From positions 868,001-932,000 of the forward strand of contig JAUFOR010000003.1 of the NCBI GenBank assembly GCA_040285745.1: DNA of 64,000 nucleotides, in the 5' to 3' direction. The stretch comes from Barthelona sp. PCE (lineage: Eukaryota). The notes beneath the pieces were generated by a model. It ran no database searches and was not told the DNA's origin. It saw only the letters and a list, made by a program, of their open reading frames with translations. Shown one piece after another: positions 40,634-50,932 of this stretch; the stretch's first letter is position 1, and the number at the start of each line of letters is the position of its first letter. The position numbers and the translations under genes are program-made.

Positions 40634-42135
40634 ATGCCCATTAAGGTATAGTTTTTAATTGGGTGACATGTTCTAACATTTAGGCACCTCATCGTTTAAG
40701 CACAAGCGGATTTGGCAGGGATCGCACGCAAAATGGTAACGTTAGCTATTCTGTTCCTTATAGCCCTTCAGTTGTACGCAGAAAAGAATCCACAGTCACA
40801 AAGATCGCCCGTGAGGTGCTTGATAAGCGTGAAGCTTTAACCTCTATTCAAAATGCAGTCGCGCCCAATGGACAAATGTCATCTACCCAATTCAGAAGTG
40901 CTTTGAGGACATCAGGCGTCGACCTCACCACATTAGCTATTGATAGAGCTGTGAATTATGCCTCACAAAATGGTGTTGTTGATTTGCCTGCTTTCATGCA
41001 CAAACTTGAGGAAGCAGATATTTGTACCGTCCCTGAGCGCATTCGCAGGGAGGCTCAAGTTACATCACTACCTGATGAGAATACCGTGTCTTCTTTTAAT
41101 GTCAAACATGACCCCAAATCACGTGTTCTTGAAAGATTGCGTGACAAGGTTTACTTTAACAACTCAAAGCTCAGTGAAGCGTTCATGGATATGGATGATG
41201 ATGGAGATCACTACATCTCGCGAGTGGAGATGAAGCAGCACCTAAATCAATTACTTGCTCCTGCACCGGAGGAGGACGCAGCAGTGGACAGCATCATAAA
41301 CGATCTTTGCACCGAGAACAAGGAAATAGTTAAGTTCAACGATTTTGCAAAGGTTATCGAACCTCCGTATCTCAGCAGCCCCGTCATTGGTTACAACCCT
41401 AGGGAACCAGTTGAAACCCGCCCCGTCGCACCCCGTGCACAGTATAAGCGCGATGACTTCGGAAGAATCAATGTAATGAGGAACAGACATGTACACCGCT
41501 CACTGAGTTCAGAGCTCCTGGATTTAAATAATCCTACGAGCATCGCACACTCCTTCGAGGCACTTGACAGCGGTAAAGGCAGTGTTTCAGAAGGCGAATT
41601 CAAGCAGGCACTGAGCGCTCTCGGTGTTCGCAACCTTTCCGGTCACATGGCTATTGCTCGTGATGTTGCCCAGCTTGATAGTGGGTACTTTGACTACAAG
41701 CGCTATCTGAATCACATCGGAGCGGCAACAGGTATTGAGAGCGTCATACCAGCCAGCTCTCGTGTCAGTCGCCCTCCACGTGCTCTTCAGGATCACGGCC
41801 CTCTGCTGCAGCCCAAGGATCCCTCCCCGATCAAGAATCCCTCCAGGATCTTAGAGTCGCAGGTGGATGATATTATTCAGCAAAAGATTCCACCGGTCCC
41901 TATTCCTGCACCACAGACCGCATATGCATCTCCTCGCCCCGAGTGGATGAGTTGGTCGAACCCTGACGATTACACACACCCACAACAGCCTAAATCGACA
42001 AAGAAGCGACGAGTGTCTTCTGCCTATGACTCATCCAGCATTTCAAGCGTATTGACCACAGAGCCCGCTGAAATACCGCAATATACACCGCGTAGACGAT
42101 CGTTTAGACCAAAAGACACACTTACTCTTTATTAG
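40634..42135 (+). CDS. EF-hand protein; exons 40634-40645 and 40684-42135
   Basis: DMDDDGDHYISRVE and LDSGKGSVSEGEF EF-hand-like loops; spliced start MPIK|APHRL in frame. Confidence 0.75.
40646..40683 (+). other. Spliceosomal intron, 38 nt
   Basis: GTATAG...TTCTAAC-ATTTAG; supplies ATG to the downstream ORF in frame. Confidence 0.85.
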
Positions 42136-44872
42136 TGTAGGTAAACGGCGCCCCCTCCAGCATGCACAGTAGTTGGGTACCAAGGAACTCTCCAGGGTAC
42201 TCCCGAATGAATGTCTCAGTAAACAGCCTGCCAATTTTACGGAAGTATGATACTGCAGGAGGGTATTCATAACAAATGATCAGGATGGAAGTGATTGCTT
42301 CAATCTTGACTGATTCGTCCTCCCATCGCGCCAGAAGGAGCAGCCTATCAATCACGCTCGACTCCAGCATGAGCTCCTTTGCCTCAGGATTTCCAATGGC
42401 AATTGCGGAGATGGCGGAAATGAGTGGCAGAACGGGGCCGAACGAGTTCATGATCTCGAGGATCGACGGTGGGGCGAGGGCCACCTCATCCATGCGTTCG
42501 TCAGCGTTGGAGACAAAATCGACGAAAAAATAAATTATCATTTCCAAACAACACATTGTGCTGTTCTGCACTTCTCTATCGATCATGCTCTCCATCACAA
42601 TCGTCGTAATGATGGAAGATATGAACGTTATGTGTGTGATTGATAGTGCGAATACGTGCAATCGGTGCAATACATCGGTGTTCAGTAAGGGGTCAATATA
42701 CAACGTCATCAGTACGATGATGCGCAGGACGCTCAGTGCCACGCTCTGCAGCTGATGCTCTGTGACAGCCTCGGCCCTATGCAGCTGTACGGATACCATG
42801 TCTTCTCCAAAAATGTTAGCTACTGATTCAAGGAATCCAAACAGCGTTTGCTGGTTTGCCTCAATGAACTGCTTCTCGGCAACTGTGGGGTCCTCACACA
42901 TCGTGTGTATACAATTTGCAACTGTTTCAAGCGTTATTGAAGCTCGGTTGAGAACAGCCGCTCTTTCCACATCCTGGGTCTTAAAAGTGGCGCTAATGAT
43001 CTCTTCTGCCCCCTCTGGGGCTGTAACGTGCATCGCGTCGTTGTCCAGCGTCGATGATGCAACATTAAGCACAGAAGACACAAACTCCAACCCCAAAGCT
43101 GAATAGAACGTGCTGTTAAGCAGGCAGTACTGGCTCAGCGCAAGTCGTACCACATCGAGCACAGGCGCTGCATTGGCTTCCTCACTCGCCTCAATGTACT
43201 CAAAATATTCCTTACATGAGAGAAGACTCGGAAATGCATCCAACGAAAAATGACCTGCCGCATAAGGAAGTGTATCAACGAGGAGGGAGAGTGCAGGGCT
43301 TATGTATTGCCTCAGCACCGCCATTTGCTTTACGAGCGATCTGTGAGGTATGCTGATGTCGATCTTCGGAACGTAGCTCGCAATCAGGGTGACACCGTTG
43401 CTCAAGACGAAAAGATCACGGAAGTCGGTGTCGATGGAAACGTATGTGTGAAGCAGCGCAAACAGTTTGGCGTATATCTCACTTAGTACCGTAATATTGC
43501 CATGCACACGCCCTATGAGATTACTTGGGAATACCATGAGGAAGAGGCTAATGACATTAACGTTTTTGGCAGTGGAGAGAACCGTGTCGCTGTTGCGAAT
43601 CATGAGCAGGAAGACGCGCATGAGCATGTAAAACGGGAGTATATACTGAGTGTCGAATTCGACGAAAAAATGTGTTTTTGCCGTTTTAAGACACATACGG
43701 ATAGCTCCCACCAGCGCATTGATTCCATTATTACTTTCAAAACAGTGTACATATTGTCTAGATTTTTTGAATGAAAGTATTCGATTGCATACCGTAACAA
43801 AGATTGATGGCTGGGTGGTGCACAGGTCTGTGATGTCGCGGAAGACTGCGTTTCTCACAGTTGTTGAAAAGCGACTACTCCTGTTAATATTTGCTCTGGC
43901 CCCTATTGTTGTGTTTTTGAGCAGCCTGTGTTGATTGAGGGTCATAGATCGCACAGGGAGCGGAGTGTGGGTTGATTTCTTCTTCATCAAAGCCCTTCCT
44001 GAGAGGACCTTGGGCTGAAGGAAGTTACTGTTTGCTATTCCAGATTTTGTCTTCTTTTTACGACTATCTGCTGTGCTAGGGCGCTGGGACTTCCGCCGGA
44101 ACACCTCCTCACGCTTCTGTTCAGCTCTTAATTTTTCTCTTTGCTTGGTTATATGTTTCCTCATGCTACGGAAAGCAGAGCTTGTTTGCTCCAAAGCAAG
44201 GGATGCGTTTTTGCGCACAGGAAGCGTCACCGTATGTGCCATCTTCAGATCCTGCCTTTCTCTTAAATTCGGGTTGAGCAGAACAGGTATGAGTGGCTTG
44301 TTTAATTCCTTCTGTGGTGTGACAGGTGCCGTCTGCGGCCTTCCAGTTGTGCGATCTGTGAACCCGTGATGTCTTGTTTGCAGCTTCGGTTGTGGATAAA
44401 AACCGCGGCTCATCCGCAACATGCCGTTAAACGTATCGTCGTCGAGCCTCGTCCTGAAACTGTCCTCCTCAACATCGCGCGGCACGGTAGCGCTGAGCCC
44501 TGAAAATCTATTGGGGGGAGCACGAGGTGTTCTGGGAGTCTCTATGTATGTTGTTATTATTTCCGGAATTTCGTTCTGCAGATCATCTTCCTGGAGATCA
44601 TCATCGGATTCATGCTCGACTGGTTGTGCAAAAGCTACTGTTTCATCAAAAATTGGTGCTTTTGTAGGATATTTCATTTTTCTATTCTCAATTACTGGTG
44701 GAGATGTTGGTCTAGGTGAAAAAAATGTGAGATTTTCTGAATTTGACACATTTTCTTGCCGTGATTGAACAGCATCCTCAATATTCAATCGTTTGAAAGA
44801 TGTGTGTTTCTTAGGCCGATGATTTAGTCGAACCAAGAATTTATGCTGTGAAAATCCGTTGCTTGGGAACAT
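42122..44872 (-). CDS. Protein with basic disordered N-half and ARM-like helical C-half
   Basis: Long ORF; NGINALV, NGVTLI, NPEAKELMLESSVIDRLLLL resemble ARM repeats; likely ATG 44872. Confidence 0.6.
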   Translation of the reverse strand: MFPSNGFSQHKFLVRLNHRPKKHTSFKRLNIEDAVQSRQENVSNSENLTFFSPRPTSPPVIENRKMKYPTKAPIFDETVAFAQPVEHESDDDLQEDDLQNEIPEIITTYIETPRTPRAPPNRFSGLSATVPRDVEEDSFRTRLDDDTFNGMLRMSRGFYPQPKLQTRHHGFTDRTTGRPQTAPVTPQKELNKPLIPVLLNPNLRERQDLKMAHTVTLPVRKNASLALEQTSSAFRSMRKHITKQREKLRAEQKREEVFRRKSQRPSTADSRKKKTKSGIANSNFLQPKVLSGRALMKKKSTHTPLPVRSMTLNQHRLLKNTTIGARANINRSSRFSTTVRNAVFRDITDLCTTQPSIFVTVCNRILSFKKSRQYVHCFESNNGINALVGAIRMCLKTAKTHFFVEFDTQYILPFYMLMRVFLLMIRNSDTVLSTAKNVNVISLFLMVFPSNLIGRVHGNITVLSEIYAKLFALLHTYVSIDTDFRDLFVLSNGVTLIASYVPKIDISIPHRSLVKQMAVLRQYISPALSLLVDTLPYAAGHFSLDAFPSLLSCKEYFEYIEASEEANAAPVLDVVRLALSQYCLLNSTFYSALGLEFVSSVLNVASSTLDNDAMHVTAPEGAEEIISATFKTQDVERAAVLNRASITLETVANCIHTMCEDPTVAEKQFIEANQQTLFGFLESVANIFGEDMVSVQLHRAEAVTEHQLQSVALSVLRIIVLMTLYIDPLLNTDVLHRLHVFALSITHITFISSIITTIVMESMIDREVQNSTMCCLEMIIYFFVDFVSNADERMDEVALAPPSILEIMNSFGPVLPLISAISAIAIGNPEAKELMLESSVIDRLLLLARWEDESVKIEAITSILIICYEYPPAVSYFRKIGRLFTETFIREYPGEFLGTQLLCMLEGAPFTYTNKE

Positions 44873-45252
44873 TAGAAATAGTTCCTCTTGGAAGATGTGA
44901 AATATTAGAAAACAAAATGGTTTGACAGTTACACTAATTCCAATGAGTACAGTCACCTTTCTATGGCCGTCACATCATAAAAGGGCAATAAAAAGAGTGC
45001 AGGAAGCTTTTAGTATTAGGATCATTCTAAACTTGCAATTTTTGAGCTTTTCACAAAAGTTTTGAAAAATGTATGGCTTAAACATCAGCATAGAACAGCA
45101 TGGTTATGTTTAAATACTCATAAAGTATTTTTGAAATAGTTTTTTTCATATATGCGTTGTATGTTGTTGTACAGTAACAGAACGAACTGTATAAGGCCGA
45201 TAGTACACTTACGGCACACTGGACAGATAGAATAAATCGTTGGAGTTAAAGA

Positions 45253-45264
45253 TACTTCCTTTTT
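45253..45264 (+). promoter_or_regulatory. TCT/TOP-like pyrimidine tract upstream of RPS15A
   Basis: TACTTCCTTTTT, identical to 29531-29542. Confidence 0.45.
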
Positions 45265-45296
45265 CGTTTTTAACTTCTTTGTGATAGAGAAAACTA

Positions 45297-45689
45297 ATGG
45301 TTAGAATTAACACCCTCAACGACGCTCTGAACGCCATCGTCACCGCCGAAAGAAACGGCCGTCCCCAGGTTCTCATCCGTCCTGCCTCTAAGATCATCAT
45401 CCGCTTCCTTCGCGTCATGCAGAAGCACGGTTACATTGGTGACTTCGAGTTCATTGATGATCACCGCTCTGGTAAGATTGTTATCAACTTGCTTGGTCAC
45501 ATCAACAAGGCTGCCGTCATTTCTCCCCGTTTCGACGTCAAGGTCGCTGATATCGAGAAGTGGGTTGTCAACCTCCTCCCTTCCCGTCAGTTCGGTTACC
45601 TTGTTCTGTCTACTTCTCAAGGTATTATGGATCACATCGAGGCTCGTCACCGTCACCTTGGTGGTAAGATCCTTGGTTACTTTGCTTAA
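45297..45689 (+). CDS. RPS15A: 40S ribosomal protein S15a (uS8)
   Basis: [11 protein letters not shown]...[32 protein letters not shown]...LLPSRQFG...GGKILGYF. Confidence 0.97.
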   Translation: MVRINTLNDALNAIVTAERNGRPQVLIRPASKIIIRFLRVMQKHGYIGDFEFIDDHRSGKIVINLLGHINKAAVISPRFDVKVADIEKWVVNLLPSRQFGYLVLSTSQGIMDHIEARHRHLGGKILGYFA

Positions 45690-45798
45690 TCAGCCCAATT
45701 CGAACGTTCTTTGGTTCACCTTTATCACCCTAGGCAAATAAAGATTTATTCCCTTTAATAAAATTATTCTTATATGTTTTACTTTGTTGTATATCACA

Positions 45799-46206
45799 TC
45801 ACCGGAGCACTGAACTGGAAAAATGTGTGATTTCTTCAGAATTAAAATATGTAGCTGTTTGTGGTGGTAAATGATCTAAACAATATGTTGTATCAAATCT
45901 TGAGGTGTAATCAACTGATCTGCAGCACGAGCAATACAAATTAGCACACGTTTGACAGTATTGAAGGCAATTTGAACAGAATTTCTTTCCGCAGTAAGTA
46001 CAAGGTTGGAGATTCTTTAAGGACATACATTCATAACACCTGGGTACAAGTGTATTGTTTTTAGAAGGATTCAGACTTAAATCTACATGTTTTGCATTCT
46101 CCAGCATGTGTGCAAATACTGATACTTTTTGTCTGGTCGGCGGGGGTGTATTGTCCCAATTGGCGGCCCTCACTGTTCCGAAAGGGTTCCTACGCTTTAA
46201 AGGCAT
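45799..46206 (-). CDS. Siva-like zinc-finger protein
   Basis: MPLKRRNPF N-terminus and CxxC array ending VDY...YCLDH match the Siva layout. Confidence 0.6.
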   Translation of the reverse strand: MPLKRRNPFGTVRAANWDNTPPPTRQKVSVFAHMLENAKHVDLSLNPSKNNTLVPRCYECMSLKNLQPCTYCGKKFCSNCLQYCQTCANLYCSCCRSVDYTSRFDTTYCLDHLPPQTATYFNSEEITHFSSSVLR

Positions 46207-46408
46207 AAAAAAAAAATTTTGAAAATAATGTAATGGGACTATGCAATGAATTCCAAAAGGTGGAGATACACAAGAAACGCTAATGCGTTTTACTAGCCGT
46301 TAAAAATGGTTGGAAAAAGACAAACAACAATTTTTTTGAAGGTACACAAAACATTCTCAAATGAACCTACGTTGCAGTTTATTAACATATATACACACGC
46401 CGATGTAC

Positions 46409-46999
46409 TTACTCTCCACGGAGTTGAGCGAGTCGGCTCTCAAGATCATCCTCTGAAACTTCTCCCTTATTGGAAAGAGTAGGGTTTAGAATCTGAAGAT
46501 TTGCATCCAAAACAATGTCCTTTTCTTCAGCGACTTCATGAATAAGGGCATCTACAGCATCTTGAGGGGTAGTTGTGGCGGTGGTTGAAACCATAGTCTC
46601 ATCCATAAAAGCAGCAGCCACATCTAGCTCTTCTGTGGCTTGCTCGAATGAGCCCATAGTTGCTGTGATTCTATTTAGATCCATAGATTTGAGAGCGGAA
46701 GAAAGGTTCTTTGTTACCTTGTTCATGGTCTGTGACATCTGATTTGTTCTATGGGCGTACTCCAAACGAGATTGAACAGCATCAATTCGGGAAGCGAGGG
46801 TTAAAAGTTGAACGCTTTCGTTCTTCTTTCTGATGGAGTTTTCAGCATGGATACGGGCAACATCAGCGTTACCGCGTTCTGTAGCTTTGAGGACTTTCTT
46901 GCGCTCAGCTTTGGCAGCTTTTTCAGCTTTCTTACTAGAACGAAGAAGCTGTTTGGAGGTAAATCTCATCTGGAAGAGTTGATCGGAAAGACTAGGCAT
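46409..46999 (-). CDS. CHMP1: ESCRT-III subunit CHMP1/Did2/Vps46
   Basis: LFQMRFTSKQL, ARIHAENSIRKKNE, ASRIDAV, TTPQDAVDALI, DDLESRLAQLR; ATG 46999. Confidence 0.93.
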   Translation of the reverse strand: MPSLSDQLFQMRFTSKQLLRSSKKAEKAAKAERKKVLKATERGNADVARIHAENSIRKKNESVQLLTLASRIDAVQSRLEYAHRTNQMSQTMNKVTKNLSSALKSMDLNRITATMGSFEQATEELDVAAAFMDETMVSTTATTTPQDAVDALIHEVAEEKDIVLDANLQILNPTLSNKGEVSEDDLESRLAQLRGE

Positions 47000-47358
47000 T
47001 ATACTGAACGTTTCTTTTAACGATGAAGAAGGTCTAAAAAGGTTATTCAAGAATTTTCCATAAGAAGCTTTGTCGTGGAACTTTTGTACACACCATTGAG
47101 TATAATGTATTGCTTTGTGTCGGTTGTAAACCAAACATTAACTATAAAAGCTAATTGCATTGCTATTCCCAAAAATGCTATAATAGACTTTATTGTTGTT
47201 TTTTCATTCAAAAATGAACCAATTAGCTTCGTAGAAGGAGGTTCACAACCAAGTATTAGGTTGACACAAATATTATGAAACCGGCACAAAAAAGTTTGAA
47301 ATTCAATGGATAAAAGCACCATCAGCATCACAAATACCAGTTACAAGGAACCATGATT

Positions 47359-47736
47359 CTAGCTTTGCATCAGACTAGCTACAATATGGGATAGGTGAGT
47401 AAATTCTTTCATTGCTTCTCCTAATGAAGGTTGATTGATTACTTCCCATTTAGCACTTCTCCCCTCGCATGCAGCTTCGTTTTCAATTGGCTTCAGCTTG
47501 GAGACTTGAAAATGACGTCTCTTTCTCTGAAAAATTTTAATTTCCTCCAGTTCATCTTTGTCGACACGTGAAATCAACTCATATGCATCGACAATATCGT
47601 TGAATGTGACGTCCAAATCCTTTTCAAAACTTATAGAATCTGGGTGGTACTTTTTTGCCAATTCACGAAAACGACGCTTAACTTCGCTTGATGTTGCGTC
47701 TGTTTGGAGCCCCAGTATTCGATATGCGTTTTGCAT
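47359..47736 (-). CDS. Small J-domain (DnaJ type C) protein
   Basis: NAYRILGL...EVKRRFRELAKKYHPD...F.DI.DAYE. Confidence 0.85.
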   Translation of the reverse strand: MQNAYRILGLQTDATSSEVKRRFRELAKKYHPDSISFEKDLDVTFNDIVDAYELISRVDKDELEEIKIFQRKRRHFQVSKLKPIENEAACEGRSAKWEVINQPSLGEAMKEFTHLSHIVASLMQS

Positions 47737-47781
47737 TTAAAAAGGGTGAAAAATTTTGATTCAAAGCTTTTTATTCACATT

Positions 47782-50700
47782 TTATTTCTCAGTTTCAGCA
47801 AAGGTTTCATTGAAATCCTTACCCCACAGCTCGATATGGCGTACTTCTGTTTTACCAGCTCTGATTAAATCAGCCAGATAGTCAATTCCTTGGGCATTCT
47901 TCAGTTGACAACTCAGAGTCTCGTCTAACAACAAATAACTAAGGTCGTCGTCGCTATCGCCAAGCATGCAACGTGCAAATAACAACAAAAATGCCAACTT
48001 AGGGTTCTTGTGTCTGAAAAACTTATCATAAACGTTAAAGTCAAAAATCACAGTAAGCTTCTCTTCCTCTTCTTTTAGGTCATGAGTGGCAACAAGGATC
48101 TCGAGACAGGCAGCAAAAACAGTTAAATCTGATGTAACATCGTTTTGTAGCCAGTTGATAGCAATACGACGAAGATCAGCTCGAATCAGCTTAGTATCCT
48201 CGTTATTCAACCAACGGGAGCGTGACAGCAAGAAAAAGGAATTGTAATACACTTCCGGTCCCATCAGCAGCTCGTCCTCAAAAGCCTGCACAAAAGAGTT
48301 ATCCTTACGCATGACATTCATCAGAGTGAAGGGAACTGCACTGGAAGCAGCACCTGGTAGGCCTGCAGCGACCGGTTCAATGCCCGCTTTCCAAATAAAC
48401 ATCATAGTGTCCTGTTCTTCCTCCTCGCCTTCCAGCTCACCATATATATCAGCGACTGGTGCAACGGCCGAGCAGTAATCGAAGAATTGCTCGATATCTT
48501 CACACTCAACGGGTGTCTCGACATTCGGTAACGTCTTGTCCGTGATGCGGCAAAACATATTAAGCTCAAGCAGCTCATTCTTCGCGTCAGGCATGCCCAT
48601 GTCGGTGTATAGCTCGGAGAGACCCTCAAAAAACTCCGATGTTTGGGCGACGTATGCGCTGTCCAACTCAATCAAAGCCTCAATGACGGAGCGGCGCAAC
48701 TGCATGATGGAAGTGATGGGAGCCTGGCATCCCTCGTGGAAGTAACCTGCGTTATCCATTGGGTCGGGTGTCACATTCACTTCAGACGTGAAGTTTGTAA
48801 CGAACGAGAAGACGGCCGGAAGCGCGGTCCCAATGGATTTTCTTTCTTCGTCAGAACACTTTCCAGCTGCCTGCAGCGCCTTGAGCATGACAAATAGCTT
48901 GGCGTTCATAACAGGTATGTAGGCGGCCTCGAGCTGCTCAGACAGGAACTGGGTTGTGATGGCGTTGATGAATGCCGCGTCAGGCTTGACAGATTCAATA
49001 GCATAGCCAACAAGATATGCAGCGCTGATTTGCATTTCTGGACAGGTTGCGGCGGTTTCACAAAGGGGCATCGCTGTCCATTGGCTTATACACTTCTTGA
49101 TTTCGATGTCGTTAAGCATGCTAACCATACACCTGGTTGCAGCCGCAGCAACAGCATCGTTTTGATCCTTAACGAATGCAAAAACCTGTAACGCGCGTTC
49201 TCTAACGCGGTTATCGTCCAGGCAATAAATGAAGCACTTCTCAAGCGCCTTGAAGTATTCTGGAACAATGGTGTCGCACTCTACCACGAAGGCGAGCATA
49301 CCAGGAACGTGTTTGGCTGACAACTCGTTGTTGAGTGCATCCATGAGCACAAATACATCGGTGTAGAACGGCACACGACGTGATCTCTTTGGAGTATACT
49401 TGGGGAGAGTCTTACCGATAAACTGCTCAAAAATGTAGGGGGCCTCTGGCAGCGCCACAATCTGCGGGAGAGAGAGGAATGCAAACAATGAGCGCTGGAA
49501 TTCATAATCAAGGTCAGCGAGTTGCCATTCAATCGATTCAATAATACTGAGGATGACAAACCCCATTTGTTTGAAGAAAGTATCCAACTGAGCACCTTCA
49601 CCGTTCAGAACGTGAAGCAAGGCGTGGCGGGCCGAATGCTGCACTGGGGGCACGACGTGTTGGTAGCTGAGCGCCACATGACATAGAACATGCACCAGTC
49701 CTTCAGGCAGCTTGGCAAGACAGTGTTCATAAGGCAACTCGTACTCAAGCATACCAGGAATATCAACTCCGTTATCGTAACACAAGCGGGCAATTTCGTG
49801 GAGCTTGTCGAGTGTCAGTGCTAGGTTATGTTCCATCAGATAGTTAAGTGCTTTTATCATCAGATCTTTGTCAATTTCAACGTCTTTGTTATGGATGTGT
49901 GTGACAAATATCGTCTTACAGGCCTCAACCTGCCCACACAGGTACACAGAAGGCATGATACCGTCTTCTTCGAAAGATCCATGAAGGATTGCGCCCAGTG
50001 CTGTGTATATTTCAGCAACAATTGCGGTTCTACGGCCTGTTATGAAGAGCTCCTGCACAGCAATAGCACAGCCTTGCACAGTGTTGTAGCTACCACAGCT
50101 GCACATAAGCTCCAAAATCTTTTTGATGTCGACATCGTCAACAACGACAAGCGGAGCAAGAGCACCTGCTCTACGACGTACGTCAATGTTGGGGTCGGCT
50201 AGGCACAGTAACAACGTGTCTACAGCGACCTTCTTCATCTCATCAGTAATTGAATTATTGTTGCGTTTGATGAAACGTCCCAGACCGCGTACAGCATGCT
50301 GTCTAACGTATGCGGAGTACGCATCCATTTGCTTGTCGCGGTTGTGCCTCATGTTTGATACAAGGACGTCCCACACTATTTGAACGTTGACTCCAAGGGT
50401 ATAACCAAGCGCTCGCATGATTCCCTCTCTATAAGGAAATCCGGCACCGCTGATGCCCAGCAGCTCATCGCATAAGCGCTGCCCGAACACTTCGTGATGG
50501 AAACATGAGCCGTAGAATTGAGCGGCGGCGTCTCTCACTTCTTGACGTGCCTCGCACTCTAGGCCCTTGTGAATGGCGGCTGTGAGCTTACTGTGCATAT
50601 CATCACTAATTTTAACAGGGTATTTAATAATGTGAGCAAGACACGAGTAGGAGAGCTGATACATGTGATAGAAAATTTGGTCTGGGAACTTGAGCACCTC

Positions 50701-50868
50701 CAGGAATAGGTCGCATAGATCTACGAAGTGATCTACGAATACTTGACCCGATTTAACCTCGTCAATAACAAGATCTAGTGCATAAAAGACTGGATTGATA
50801 TCTGTATCAACAGTCTTTGGTGTACTGTCAACTATTTTGCGAGCGTTTTGAATGTATGTTGCAATCAT
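47782..50868 (-). CDS. HEAT-repeat protein (1028 aa)
   Basis: EVRDAAA, YVRQHAVRGLG, CLADPNIDVRRRA, DDNRVRERA HEAT-like motifs. Confidence 0.7.
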   Translation of the reverse strand: MIATYIQNARKIVDSTPKTVDTDINPVFYALDLVIDEVKSGQVFVDHFVDLCDLFLEVLKFPDQIFYHMYQLSYSCLAHIIKYPVKISDDMHSKLTAAIHKGLECEARQEVRDAAAQFYGSCFHHEVFGQRLCDELLGISGAGFPYREGIMRALGYTLGVNVQIVWDVLVSNMRHNRDKQMDAYSAYVRQHAVRGLGRFIKRNNNSITDEMKKVAVDTLLLCLADPNIDVRRRAGALAPLVVVDDVDIKKILELMCSCGSYNTVQGCAIAVQELFITGRRTAIVAEIYTALGAILHGSFEEDGIMPSVYLCGQVEACKTIFVTHIHNKDVEIDKDLMIKALNYLMEHNLALTLDKLHEIARLCYDNGVDIPGMLEYELPYEHCLAKLPEGLVHVLCHVALSYQHVVPPVQHSARHALLHVLNGEGAQLDTFFKQMGFVILSIIESIEWQLADLDYEFQRSLFAFLSLPQIVALPEAPYIFEQFIGKTLPKYTPKRSRRVPFYTDVFVLMDALNNELSAKHVPGMLAFVVECDTIVPEYFKALEKCFIYCLDDNRVRERALQVFAFVKDQNDAVAAAATRCMVSMLNDIEIKKCISQWTAMPLCETAATCPEMQISAAYLVGYAIESVKPDAAFINAITTQFLSEQLEAAYIPVMNAKLFVMLKALQAAGKCSDEERKSIGTALPAVFSFVTNFTSEVNVTPDPMDNAGYFHEGCQAPITSIMQLRRSVIEALIELDSAYVAQTSEFFEGLSELYTDMGMPDAKNELLELNMFCRITDKTLPNVETPVECEDIEQFFDYCSAVAPVADIYGELEGEEEEQDTMMFIWKAGIEPVAAGLPGAASSAVPFTLMNVMRKDNSFVQAFEDELLMGPEVYYNSFFLLSRSRWLNNEDTKLIRADLRRIAINWLQNDVTSDLTVFAACLEILVATHDLKEEEEKLTVIFDFNVYDKFFRHKNPKLAFLLLFARCMLGDSDDDLSYLLLDETLSCQLKNAQGIDYLADLIRAGKTEVRHIELWGKDFNETFAETEK

Positions 50869-50932
50869 ATCGCCAGAAAGGGAAAGAAATGTGATAATGT
50901 GTTTTATTCTTCTTTCTGTGATTCTGGATTAA

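Noticed and set aside
47047-47331. 94-aa minus-strand ORF in frame with the DnaJ gene
   Set aside because: Separated from it by two stops, with no recognisable motif; insufficient evidence for coding
47303-47374. LAGLIDADG-like peptide WFLVTGICDADGAF in an alternative minus-strand frame after the DnaJ gene
   Set aside because: Only 23 codons between stops with no further endonuclease similarity; likely chance
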